This document shows, piece after piece, positions 16,913 through 25,232 of a stretch of DNA of 31,120 bases (its first letter is position 1; the number at the start of each line of letters is the position of its first letter). Source of the stretch: a virus (Duplodnaviria; Caudoviricetes). Below the pieces are notes generated by a model. It saw only the letters and a program-made list of their open reading frames with translations, searched no databases and had not been told where the DNA came from. The position numbers were made by a program, and so were the translations under genes. The stretch covers positions 1-31,120 of IMG/VR virus record IMGVR_UViG_3300037195_000145. One strand, given 5' to 3'.

Positions 16913-17404
16913 TTAATTAATCTTTAAATTTTTATTTTCCTGGATTGAACAGCCTTTAACTTGTTGACCATCTTTAATAGCTTTTTTAATAGCCATTTTG
17001 TCCGCCTGTTCAGTTACTTTAATTACTTTAAATACTTTAGGCAAAGCGTTAACATCGTCAACAATTACGCTTTCACTTTTTCTAGTGCTGAACTTAGTAA
17101 AGCCAACTTCAAAAGCCCCAAACAAATTAACTGCGTTTAAAAGCCTGTTTTTTAAATATGACACAACATTACTGTTTTGTCGTTTAAGTGCCTGTAATCG
17201 CTTTATTTCATCGTCTATAAGCATTGTAAAGGCTTCTTTTTCTTTAATTACTGATAGATATGCAATAGATTTACTTTGTAGCTGGGTTTCGTTGATCTCT
17301 AACTGCTCATTAATTTCGTCTGTTATTTCGCCTTCAGCATCTTCTACTTGCCTTATTAGCTCTATGTAGGTTTCTTCAATTTTGTATAGTGTTTGTTTTT
17401 CCAT
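16913..17404 (-). CDS. Siphovirus Gp157 family protein
   Basis: LYKI...GEI...IDDEIKRLQALK...RKSESV...DK.AIKKAIK.G..V.G pattern. Confidence 0.88.
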   Translation of the reverse strand: MEKQTLYKIEETYIELIRQVEDAEGEITDEINEQLEINETQLQSKSIAYLSVIKEKEAFTMLIDDEIKRLQALKRQNSNVVSYLKNRLLNAVNLFGAFEVGFTKFSTRKSESVIVDDVNALPKVFKVIKVTEQADKMAIKKAIKDGQQVKGCSIQENKNLKIN

Positions 17405-17415
17405 TTTGTTTGTTT

Positions 17416-17643
17416 TTATAATTGTTCGTTTAATTTATTTACTTCTCTTTTTAATCTTCTTTTCCAGTAACTAAGTGCTTTATTTTTAATACTTAGTTTT
17501 TCTTTTAGTTTTTTTTCGCCAAATAGCCCAAACATTATTTCGTTATCTATATATTTTACAATATAATTTTTGCGTTTTTCTGCCATTTCAATATTAATAA
17601 TTATATCATCAATAATATCTAATTGTTTTCTTATTGCCTTCAT
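17416..17643 (-). CDS. Hypothetical protein
   Basis: 75-aa ORF with tight spacing to neighbours. Confidence 0.65.
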   Translation of the reverse strand: MKAIRKQLDIIDDIIINIEMAEKRKNYIVKYIDNEIMFGLFGEKKLKEKLSIKNKALSYWKRRLKREVNKLNEQL

Positions 17644-17645
17644 AA

Positions 17646-18020
17646 TTACTGTTTTTTAAATTGGTCCGCTTCAACATCAGAATAAATACCGTATTCATAC
17701 GCATTGATTAATTTAAGTGTAAGTCTATCCTTCAGGCGTTTTTCTGCCATAGCAAAAGGATAAGGTACTTTACAATTACTTAACGATGCTTCGCCAGTAG
17801 CCCATATTTCATTATCTTTTAATACGGCTGTTCCTAAAAAGGCTACGCTGTCTTTATCGTTTCTTAATAAAGTAGGTAATTGAAATATAATTTTTTCTTT
17901 ATTTGCAATCTTTTCGACTGCATCGTGAGTAATAATCCACTTAGTAAGTGAACCCCTTTTTAATTCCCAAAAATCATTCTTAGATAGATCGTACTTTTTG
18001 GCCAGTTCTTTAATGTTCAT
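17646..18020 (-). CDS. Putative single-strand annealing protein (Rad52/Sak-like fold)
   Basis: TGEAS..N...YP.AMAEKR..DR..LKL...YSD.EA motif; lies near Gp157 and SSB. Confidence 0.55.
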   Translation of the reverse strand: MNIKELAKKYDLSKNDFWELKRGSLTKWIITHDAVEKIANKEKIIFQLPTLLRNDKDSVAFLGTAVLKDNEIWATGEASLSNCKVPYPFAMAEKRLKDRLTLKLINAYEYGIYSDVEADQFKKQ

Positions 18021-18334
18021 TTCTTTAAGTTTTTAATTAGTTCTATTGTTTTGTTCTTTATCATTTCAGCACGTTCTACTGGTGCTTCAATCTTTTTAAA
18101 TTCAGTTATGACTTCGTCCAGTTCATTAACATACGTTTTAAGGCTATTTTTAACGCCTCTAAGCTCGTTAAATTCTAATTTTATATATTGCTTTAACAGG
18201 ATATTTTTATGCCAGTTAATCTTAATTAAAATAAAACGCAAACTTTGTTCTAGTTCTATTAAATATTCTTCACGTTGCCAAGCGTCAATTATTAATTTCT
18301 GCTGTACTATATAATGATGTTCTTCTTGGTTCAT
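18017..18334 (-). CDS. Hypothetical coiled-coil protein
   Basis: 105-aa ORF, coupled on both sides. Confidence 0.65.
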   Translation of the reverse strand: MNQEEHHYIVQQKLIIDAWQREEYLIELEQSLRFILIKINWHKNILLKQYIKLEFNELRGVKNSLKTYVNELDEVITEFKKIEAPVERAEMIKNKTIELIKNLKK

Positions 18335-18504
18335 TTGGCTTTGTGTTTTTTGACATAATAATCCATATAGTCAACTAATATAGATGAATAGCTTTTAGGC
18401 TCTTTTTTGTTCTTTTTAGCCTCTGCATTTTGTTTTTCTACCAACTCAACAAAATCTAATTTTATTTGTTGCTGGTGTTCTGATATGTAAAAAGTTACTG
18501 TCAT
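18331..18504 (-). CDS. Putative ribbon-helix-helix regulator, 57 aa (MTVTFYISEHQQQIK...SYSSILVDYMDYYVKKHKAK)
   Basis: TAATG and ATGA coupling fill the gap exactly; N-terminal alternating strand, then two helices with an SxSxI signature. Confidence 0.7.
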   Translation of the reverse strand: MTVTFYISEHQQQIKLDFVELVEKQNAEAKKNKKEPKSYSSILVDYMDYYVKKHKAK

Positions 18505-18803
18505 TATTTATTTTTTAAACAATTAATTATTAATATCCATTCCTGATTGAAACGCTGTTTTTTTGATTTACCAACAGTATAAGAAACTTCACGCCATACC
18601 ATTGATGCGTCTGTCTTTGTTTTAAATGTATTGTAACAGATCAAAGCTGTTAAGTGTGTATCATAGAACAACATAATACTATCTTTATTAGTAGGCACTT
18701 GCTTGTTCTTTAGTATTTCAAATTCGTCTTTTCTATCATCGTAGAAGGAATTGCACGAAGTATGTGCTAAGTCCATACAATCCTGTTTGCTTAATAAGTC
18801 CAT
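18504..18803 (-). CDS. Hypothetical early protein
   Basis: 99-aa ORF preceded by the TAAAAACAAAACAAATG leader. Confidence 0.7.
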   Translation of the reverse strand: MDLLSKQDCMDLAHTSCNSFYDDRKDEFEILKNKQVPTNKDSIMLFYDTHLTALICYNTFKTKTDASMVWREVSYTVGKSKKQRFNQEWILIINCLKNK

Positions 18804-18823
18804 TTGTTTTGTTTTTAGTTATT

Positions 18824-18850
18824 AAAAAAAGGGTGCTATTAAACACCCTT
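18824..18850 (-). terminator. Intrinsic terminator (part of the 25-bp repeat)
   Basis: AAGGGTG-TTTAATAG-CACCCTT followed by a T run. Confidence 0.7.
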
Positions 18851-18855
18851 GTTAG
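18831..18855. repeat. 25-bp direct repeat, copy 1
   Basis: gggtgctattaaacacccttgttag, identical to 19088-19112. Confidence 0.95.
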
Positions 18856-19072
18856 TTAGTTTACTTAATTGCCAAACACCATCAAATTCATGTTTAAATT
18901 TTATGTTTGGAAAATGTTTTAATTCAATAATTCTTTTAATGTATTTATTATCTGAAATATCTACTTTAATTATAATAAGATGTTTTAAGTCTTTTATATT
19001 GTCAATATTTTCATTAATATAATTAAATACTTCTCCAAATCTTTTTACTGAAAATTTAGTTTTGATTGACAT
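18839..19072 (-). CDS. Hypothetical early protein flanked by direct repeats
   Basis: 77-aa AT-rich ORF whose last codons come from the repeat. Confidence 0.7.
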   Translation of the reverse strand: MSIKTKFSVKRFGEVFNYINENIDNIKDLKHLIIIKVDISDNKYIKRIIELKHFPNIKFKHEFDGVWQLSKLTNKGV

Positions 19073-19087
19073 TTGTTTTGTTTTTAT

Positions 19088-19112
19088 GGGTGCTATTAAA
19101 CACCCTTGTTAG
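19088..19112. repeat. 25-bp direct repeat, copy 2 (hairpin without U-tract)
   Basis: Identical to 18831-18855. Confidence 0.95.
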
Positions 19113-19117
19113 ATTAT

Positions 19118-19264
19118 TTATTTGTTTTCTAGTGATATATTTATAGCTTCTAAAGGAGTAACCTTGAATCCGCAATAAACAATGTAAGCAAATTGCATTT
19201 CGTCTTTAGTTGGTTTAACTGTCACTGACTTTAATACTTCTAATATAAATTTTGAATAGTTCAT
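19118..19264 (-). CDS. First early gene, 48 aa (MNYSKFILEVLKSVTVKP...)
   Basis: ATG 19264, TAA 19118, preceded by the TAAAAACAAACAAAATG leader also found at 17402-17418. Confidence 0.7.
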   Translation of the reverse strand: MNYSKFILEVLKSVTVKPTKDEMQFAYIVYCGFKVTPLEAINISLENK

Positions 19265-19293
19265 TTTGTTTGTTTTTAATTGTTTTGTTTATG

Positions 19294-19327
19294 TAAATAT
19301 AAATATAATTATAATACGAATTACAAA
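19294..19327 (-). promoter_or_regulatory. Putative early promoter (TTTG...TATATTTA)
   Basis: AT-rich gap between the lysis and early genes; -33/-7-like elements, one mismatch in the -7. Confidence 0.45.
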
Positions 19328-19378
19328 ACATAGGTAAAACTTTTAAAAAAAGTTCCCTTTACTCTATAAAAAAATATA

Positions 19379-19819
19379 TTATGTTAGGATTTTACCAGCT
19401 TTCTTCAGGATAACTAAAGCCAATATAAGCAACGATATTATAATTATTATGTCCTTATACTTCTGCCACCAGGATAGTTCCTTAAACACGACCTTTTCGA
19501 CCTTGTACGGCACTTCCTTATAATAGTGTATAGTATCGCCAATACATTCTATTTCGTGGAAAATTTCTTGCCTTAAAGTGTCGTAGTAATAACGGGCAAA
19601 AGTGCGATCATTATTTACTATAATCGTGGTATCGTGTTTTATTATACTACTTAATACGGTTGTATCGTAGTTTTCTATATATATAGTATCTCTTACTTTG
19701 ATAGTATCTATTGATACTTCAGTAAGCTCAGGATATTTCTTTATTAATCTGTTTAGTCTTTTTTGCGGTGAACAGCCAACACTAAATATTATTATAAGAT
19801 ATATACTTAATACTTTCAA
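19379..19819 (-). CDS. Putative unimolecular spanin
   Basis: N-terminal lipobox (FSVGC) and C-terminal TM helix with basic tail; follows the endolysin. Confidence 0.7.
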   Translation of the reverse strand: MKVLSIYLIIIFSVGCSPQKRLNRLIKKYPELTEVSIDTIKVRDTIYIENYDTTVLSSIIKHDTTIIVNNDRTFARYYYDTLRQEIFHEIECIGDTIHYYKEVPYKVEKVVFKELSWWQKYKDIIIIISLLILALVILKKAGKILT

Positions 19820-20408
19820 AATGGCAATTTATAAGTTTATCCTGGAAATCTTCATCCATTAATAATTTACATTCTCTATAATTAGTCATAAAGAAGTTTT
19901 CAATCAATATAGCTGGGCTTATGGTTTTACGCAATACATAAAAATTATGTTCCTTATCTAAATCACCATCAGACGTATCTTTTCGTAGTTTATGATCTGG
20001 AAAATCTTTAATCATATTTTCTAAAAATATCTCAGCTATTCTGTCGCTTTTGGTTTCGCCTATACTTGTATGAACTGAATAACCATTAGCACTTTCTTTG
20101 CTAAAAGCATCACTATGAATAGACAAATAGATACAATTTTTAAAAGTCTTTTGATAGTTGTTAGCTTTACTAACTCTAGTAGAAAGACTTATATCTTCTT
20201 CGCTATTTACTACATTGAAATAAGGTATCTTACTTGCTTCTAATTTAGCTTCAAGCTTTTTAACTAATACTCTATTTCCTACACCTTCAAAATACTGTGT
20301 GCCATCTTCCCAAACAGGCGATCTTTTGCCACTTGTTTGGTAAACTCCATCTATCATGCCACCATGACCAGAATCTAGCAACCAAATATACTTGCTTTTA
20401 ACAGCCAT
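19782..20408 (-). CDS. Endolysin, N-acetylmuramoyl-L-alanine amidase (Amidase_3)
   Basis: LDSGHGG, E, SIHSDA, FYVLR, PAILIE Zn-amidase motifs. Confidence 0.93.
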   Translation of the reverse strand: MAVKSKYIWLLDSGHGGMIDGVYQTSGKRSPVWEDGTQYFEGVGNRVLVKKLEAKLEASKIPYFNVVNSEEDISLSTRVSKANNYQKTFKNCIYLSIHSDAFSKESANGYSVHTSIGETKSDRIAEIFLENMIKDFPDHKLRKDTSDGDLDKEHNFYVLRKTISPAILIENFFMTNYRECKLLMDEDFQDKLINCHFESIKYISYNNI

Positions 20409-20602
20409 TATTTTTTCTTTAAGCCATTTGCAACGTGCTCAGCACCGTTTCCAACTGCATACATTCCAAAAATCCATACGATGCCATCAAGCCATCCTGT
20501 AAAATCTGTCTTGTCCATATATAAAAATACAGTTACAGCTACAAATAATAATACAGCGAACATAGTTTTACGTCCACCGAAAAAGTCATATAATTTTCCC
20601 AT
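20408..20602 (-). CDS. Putative holin (two TM helices)
   Basis: 64 aa, GRK followed by two hydrophobic segments, basic C-terminus, coupled to the endolysin. Confidence 0.7.
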   Translation of the reverse strand: MGKLYDFFGGRKTMFAVLLFVAVTVFLYMDKTDFTGWLDGIVWIFGMYAVGNGAEHVANGLKKK

Positions 20603-20607
20603 TGTTT

Positions 20608-20991
20608 CTATTTATTAATTATAATATCCAACTTTGCCTTTACAGCTGTTAGACTATTGTTAACCTTGTTAATTGTCACGTTCATTTCTTTAACTTCTTT
20701 ATCTATCTTGTCTAAACGTGTTGTAAATGCTAAGTTATTAGAAATAATGTTAGCGTCAAAATCCCTTCTAATAGACACCCTGCCATTTTTAGCATTCATA
20801 AATTCCTCTTTACATTCTTTATAATATTGATCTGCTCTGGTTTCTAACATTTTTATTTTACTATTTTGCCGTTCATTATCGTGCTTCATTTTAAACCATG
20901 CAGTCAGTATCGTTACCAATAGCCCTACAATATAAGCAACATCTTTGCCCGTAAAATGTAGGTCGTTAACGCTATGTATGTCTAAAAACAT
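20608..20991 (-). CDS. Membrane-anchored coiled-coil lysis-region protein (holin/antiholin-like)
   Basis: One TM helix (VAYIVGLLVTILTAWF) followed by heptad repeats. Confidence 0.55.
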   Translation of the reverse strand: MFLDIHSVNDLHFTGKDVAYIVGLLVTILTAWFKMKHDNERQNSKIKMLETRADQYYKECKEEFMNAKNGRVSIRRDFDANIISNNLAFTTRLDKIDKEVKEMNVTINKVNNSLTAVKAKLDIIINK

Positions 20992-20994
20992 CTG

Positions 20995-21243
20995 TTATGC
21001 TGGTACAGGCTCTGACCAGGCAGGCGTAGCCATTTCAGTTAACGCTTCAGAATGTGTTAATATTAACGAAGGAATAACTGTTCCGTTAGCTATAAATGTA
21101 GGTTCTGTATTCCATTTGATTATAAACAAAGTTTCATCTATTGATTTTCTAATAGTACTACTACTTGTTTCGCCAATTTGTGAAAAATCTATATTTGGTA
21201 AATCTGTTGCTACATCTACTATTGCGTATGTTAAATGACTCAT
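20995..21243 (-). CDS. Small protein associated with the LamG fibre gene (possible chaperone)
   Basis: 82 aa, IDFSQI.ETS..T.RKS.D...FIIKW...THSEAL..M....W pattern. Confidence 0.55.
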   Translation of the reverse strand: MSHLTYAIVDVATDLPNIDFSQIGETSSSTIRKSIDETLFIIKWNTEPTFIANGTVIPSLILTHSEALTEMATPAWSEPVPA

Positions 21244-21258
21244 TTTTTTATTTTTTAA

Positions 21259-22203
21259 TTAAGAAGGTACATCCGTTTGTCTGTCTGCTTCTTCCATATT
21301 TACAGAGGTTGCGTCATTGCTTCCGCTTCCTTGATCTGTTAAAGTCCAAACAGTAGTCCAAGTTCCTTCTTCACCCATTCGCCACCAACTTAAAGGCGAT
21401 AAACTCGCCAAACTTGAGGGTACACCCGACCCATAAATCGTTGCCATATTTGAACTCTGGTCGCTTTCCCAAACGGCTATTTCATCCAAGTTTCCGTTAA
21501 CCCCTGCACCACCATGTGTATAAGCGCCTATGGTTGATAATGTAAAGCCACCCGTTGTAGCACTTCCAGCGTTAGTATGAGAGCTTCCATCAAACCAAAA
21601 TGTAAGTGTAGAACCCGTTTTAGTTATCGCAAAATGATGCCAATTACTATCAAATACATCAGGCACGTCACCTGAATTAGTTGCTATATATGCAGTAGTA
21701 CCATTGACTTTAGCATAAAAGACCTCGCTTGAATTGTAATAAATAACATTACTACTATTTCCCGAAAGCATATAATCTGCACCGCTTCCTAAATTTGGTA
21801 ATTTAGCCCAAAATGAAATAGTTAAATCGTTCCCACTTGTTGTAAAGCTGGATACTGTCATACGTTCGTCCACTCCATCAAATTCCATTGAATAAGTATT
21901 GGTGAATGATGCAGTAATTTCAACGCTTTGTGTACAGACTTTTCCACGTACAGTATAAGTAATAACATAAGTATTTAATGTAGAAGCACTTAAATCTATT
22001 TCGCCTGTCGAAGCATTGATAACCAGCCCAGCAGTAGAAGTAAAAGTACCGCCACTTGTTCCCGTTACTGTTGGCGTAGGGTCAGGGTCTGCGTCTGTAT
22101 AACTTGCAGCAGAATAACTAAAGGCGCAGCTTACGGCTTGAGTTCCGCCTGTTGGTATCATAAAAACACCCTTTTTCTTATTTGGATTAAATAGTATTGG
22201 CAT
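21259..22203 (-). CDS. Putative receptor-binding / decoration protein: Ig-like repeat plus LamG (concanavalin A-like) domain
   Basis: YSMEFDGVD, TISFW, WHHFAIT, GNLDEIAVW LamG motifs; N-terminal FSY...GGTF...IN.STGEIDL repeat. Confidence 0.8.
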   Translation of the reverse strand: MPILFNPNKKKGVFMIPTGGTQAVSCAFSYSAASYTDADPDPTPTVTGTSGGTFTSTAGLVINASTGEIDLSASTLNTYVITYTVRGKVCTQSVEITASFTNTYSMEFDGVDERMTVSSFTTSGNDLTISFWAKLPNLGSGADYMLSGNSSNVIYYNSSEVFYAKVNGTTAYIATNSGDVPDVFDSNWHHFAITKTGSTLTFWFDGSSHTNAGSATTGGFTLSTIGAYTHGGAGVNGNLDEIAVWESDQSSNMATIYGSGVPSSLASLSPLSWWRMGEEGTWTTVWTLTDQGSGSNDATSVNMEEADRQTDVPS

Positions 22204-22207
22204 ATCT

Positions 22208-22678
22208 TTAAGTTATAGGTAAATTACAATCTGAATATTTAAATGGTATCTTTAAGCCTAAGCCCATACCCCAGCCCGTTACGTCATCTTCAAAGCGTTC
22301 CGTAAAGGAAGTTAAATTACCAGCTCTTACAAGTTGTATCTTAGTCCAATCTACATTATTTGTAGTAGTATTAAACTTCTGTTCTAAGTATCCTAATAAG
22401 TCAAGTAATACTTGTATCATATCGCTTTTAACATCGTTTTCGTTATCTTCATCTTTGTTAACTAAGTCCATTGTTAGTATTTGAAAGTTCCAAGTAAATG
22501 TTCCGTCACCCATTGTCGCTGGTTGATCTGCAACCCATAGCAAAGGATAATTAAAATCCAGTAGCTGGTTGCGTTCTGCAATTTCCCAAAGGTCGCCATT
22601 TCCAAAATTTTGTATTTGTCTATGTGCATCGGCAAAGTCGTTAAACTCTTTTATAATTTGGTTATACGTTATAATCAT
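22208..22678 (-). CDS. Putative tail terminator / neck protein
   Basis: YPLLWV...FTERF.D.V.GW motif; follows the adaptor gene. Confidence 0.55.
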   Translation of the reverse strand: MIITYNQIIKEFNDFADAHRQIQNFGNGDLWEIAERNQLLDFNYPLLWVADQPATMGDGTFTWNFQILTMDLVNKDEDNENDVKSDMIQVLLDLLGYLEQKFNTTTNNVDWTKIQLVRAGNLTSFTERFEDDVTGWGMGLGLKIPFKYSDCNLPIT

Positions 22679-23230
22679 TTAACAGTCTTTATAATAGTTA
22701 TACTCGTCCCACCAACAATTTAAACTTTTTCCACTACCTAAATAAAAGCCTTCTTGATATGCTGTTTTTCTTGGATTTAGATCATCACTCGCAGCAGTAT
22801 ATTCAGGATATAAAGCACTGTTATCCATTAAGTAATTAATTAATCTTTTGTCGCGTTCTTCAGCTTTGTTTTTCCAATCATCGCGCAAAAATTGTAAATC
22901 CCTATAATCAACAGGCGTACTATTTTCGCTGTTCTTTGTTCCTATGCTTTTATTTCTATACTTAAATAACATAGATACTGAACATTCATAGAGCGTATGC
23001 TGCAACATTGAAGGGGCTATGTAATTGTTTAAAAGTGTAACTTCATCAGCGTTTAAAGTACCAGCAGTAATCTTAGTTTTCAATGCAGAGTACAAAGGCG
23101 AACCGAGAATCGGATGTATAAACAATTCTTGCGCGTCACGTATTGACGGTAATATTAGACGCATATCTACATTTTCGTCTATTATAGAATTATTCTTAAC
23201 GTATGTTTCTGATATAAATAATACTGCCAT
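22679..23230 (-). CDS. Putative head-tail adaptor
   Basis: Helical 183-aa protein (LFISE...NVD...AQ...I.PILG..LY) right after the portal. Confidence 0.6.
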   Translation of the reverse strand: MAVLFISETYVKNNSIIDENVDMRLILPSIRDAQELFIHPILGSPLYSALKTKITAGTLNADEVTLLNNYIAPSMLQHTLYECSVSMLFKYRNKSIGTKNSENSTPVDYRDLQFLRDDWKNKAEERDKRLINYLMDNSALYPEYTAASDDLNPRKTAYQEGFYLGSGKSLNCWWDEYNYYKDC

Positions 23231-23235
23231 AACTT

Positions 23236-25230
23236 TTATTTTTTCTTAGCTCTAACTAATTTCTGTTCCCAAATATGTCTACAATACGGTAATGTTCTTT
23301 TAGGCGTAACATCAGGCAAAGTATAAAATCCTCCTCTTTTTGTAAAAATATCAATTCCCGATTGACCGAAGCCATTGACTAACATTTCTAACTGCGACAA
23401 TGTATATACTCTGCCCTGTGCTGCTAAAGACATCATTTTAATACAAAATGCTCTGCTTCGTGTTTTTAAAGCTGGTGCATTAGGTCTTTTTATATACTTA
23501 TAAACTATAAACAATTTTTCTGCTGGTTCTTGTATTGACTCTTTACCCTCTTTAGTAGGTACAAAGTTCTTATCTAAAGCACCAGCATCTTGCAAGTTCT
23601 GTATTGCATTATTTACATCTTCAATAGGTAATTCTAAAGCCTTAACAATCTCAGTAACAGGCAACTTCGGATTGCCTTTAAGCATTCCTAATATACTTTT
23701 TTCAGTATCATTTAAAACCCTGTCAAGTGTAAAGCTATAGTCCGTTAATATATCGCCTTCATATTTCTTTGCAGTTTCTAAGCTGGTTATCTCATTATGA
23801 AAACTATCTATTATTTCATAATCGTTAATATCGAAGCCCGTTTCATTAAGTTGCAAAAATAACATTTCATCTTCTAAGTCGTTAAATTCTCTTTTTAAAG
23901 TTTCAGTAGTTTTAACAACAGGACCGCCCAAGCCAATAAGCCCACGTATTTCTTCAGCGTTCATTGTGTCTAATACTTTAGTAGCTACTAACGGGCTTAA
24001 TAAACCAATAGCTTCAGCAACTTTATTAACTTCAATATCTGAAGGCGGCAATCCTATTTTTTCGCGTATTTCTTCGGCTGTCATTACTCCTAAAATAGCA
24101 GCTTCAGTTAGTCCACGTTCAACAGGTTCTATCTTTAATAAGTGTATAGCTTTCGGCAGCCCATTATAATTAAGTATCATATTGAAAAGTTCGTCAAATA
24201 CTCTGCGTTCAGGATTAATTTGTAGGCTTTCATATAATTGCGAAGCCACAGAAATTTCGTCTGCATTGTTACCTAATGAACTACCGCTATCATTTAAGCC
24301 CATTAGTTTTGGGCTAGTAATTCCATGCGCTGTAAATATTTCTTCTCTTATTTGTGTATTAAGTTGTATAAATCTATCGTCCTGTCCATTGGTTGGAATA
24401 GGTAAGATTTCAGGTCCTGGTGCGTCAATGTCCCCAAAACTGAGCAAAGGGCTACCAGCTCGACTTTCGCCTGTTGCATAGTCTTTAAATCTACGTTCAA
24501 TATCGGCCATTTCTTCTACGGTTGGCTGTCCGTTTTTAAACGAAATTATATAACCAGCAGATAGATTATTTTTAATATTATTTAGCGTAAATGTGCTTAT
24601 ACTAATATCACTTTCTAAGTAATTAATAGCACTTACATAATCAGGCAAAGGATATACACCTAAATCGGGCCTATATTCTTTATAGTATAATAAATAATTT
24701 TCGTTAACACTTAGTTTTTCTTCAAAAGTAAACGCCTTAAATTCTGTAAAATCTTCGTTACTTTCAGGGCTTCGCACCTTCCAATCATCAGTATAATAAT
24801 AAGTATCATCGTCAACACCAACGCGAACATCTGAAAAGTCTATATGATCTACTGAAGCAATAGCACCTAAATTGTTTAAACGTATCTGCATTGAAAAACC
24901 ACCATATACCTTCTTATCTTTTGCCAACTTACCTAACAGTTCATCCATTGTATCGGTTTCGTTAGGATGCCTTAAAAAGCCTTCTATCGCGGCCCTTTGT
25001 TGTAGCTCTATATCGTTATCAACTGCGAAGCCTTGACCTACGATATATTTCACTTTAGAATTAATTATTTGCGCGTGTTTACTGCTTTTGTCATATAGAT
25101 AAGTTAAATAATCAGGATAAGTATTTTTATAAGGTCTATCAGTGCCGTATTCATACCAATTACCTTTACGACTTTCTTTGAACTTTGGAAGTTCATACTG
25201 ATTAAAATTTATTGGAATTAATTGATACAT
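23236..25230 (-). CDS. Portal protein with extended C-terminus (wHTH and CRHxW domain)
   Basis: LY..SS.H..IIN.K...I.G.G, YPLPDY, I.TAH.ITSP.L.G and EEIRE.IGLPP portal motifs. Confidence 0.85.
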   Translation of the reverse strand: MYQLIPINFNQYELPKFKESRKGNWYEYGTDRPYKNTYPDYLTYLYDKSSKHAQIINSKVKYIVGQGFAVDNDIELQQRAAIEGFLRHPNETDTMDELLGKLAKDKKVYGGFSMQIRLNNLGAIASVDHIDFSDVRVGVDDDTYYYTDDWKVRSPESNEDFTEFKAFTFEEKLSVNENYLLYYKEYRPDLGVYPLPDYVSAINYLESDISISTFTLNNIKNNLSAGYIISFKNGQPTVEEMADIERRFKDYATGESRAGSPLLSFGDIDAPGPEILPIPTNGQDDRFIQLNTQIREEIFTAHGITSPKLMGLNDSGSSLGNNADEISVASQLYESLQINPERRVFDELFNMILNYNGLPKAIHLLKIEPVERGLTEAAILGVMTAEEIREKIGLPPSDIEVNKVAEAIGLLSPLVATKVLDTMNAEEIRGLIGLGGPVVKTTETLKREFNDLEDEMLFLQLNETGFDINDYEIIDSFHNEITSLETAKKYEGDILTDYSFTLDRVLNDTEKSILGMLKGNPKLPVTEIVKALELPIEDVNNAIQNLQDAGALDKNFVPTKEGKESIQEPAEKLFIVYKYIKRPNAPALKTRSRAFCIKMMSLAAQGRVYTLSQLEMLVNGFGQSGIDIFTKRGGFYTLPDVTPKRTLPYCRHIWEQKLVRAKKK

Positions 25231-25232
25231 AT

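Noticed and set aside
18831-19112. Mini CRISPR array or att sites
   Set aside because: Only two copies, 257 bp apart and enclosing a gene; no cas gene or integrase recognised
19265-19378. tRNA or other structured RNA in the early/late intergenic gap
   Set aside because: Extremely AT-rich with only weak A/T inverted repeats; no cloverleaf or T-loop motif seen
373-22203. Diversity-generating retroelement or invertible tail fibre system
   Set aside because: No reverse transcriptase or invertase, and I noticed no TR/VR-like pair for either fibre-like gene
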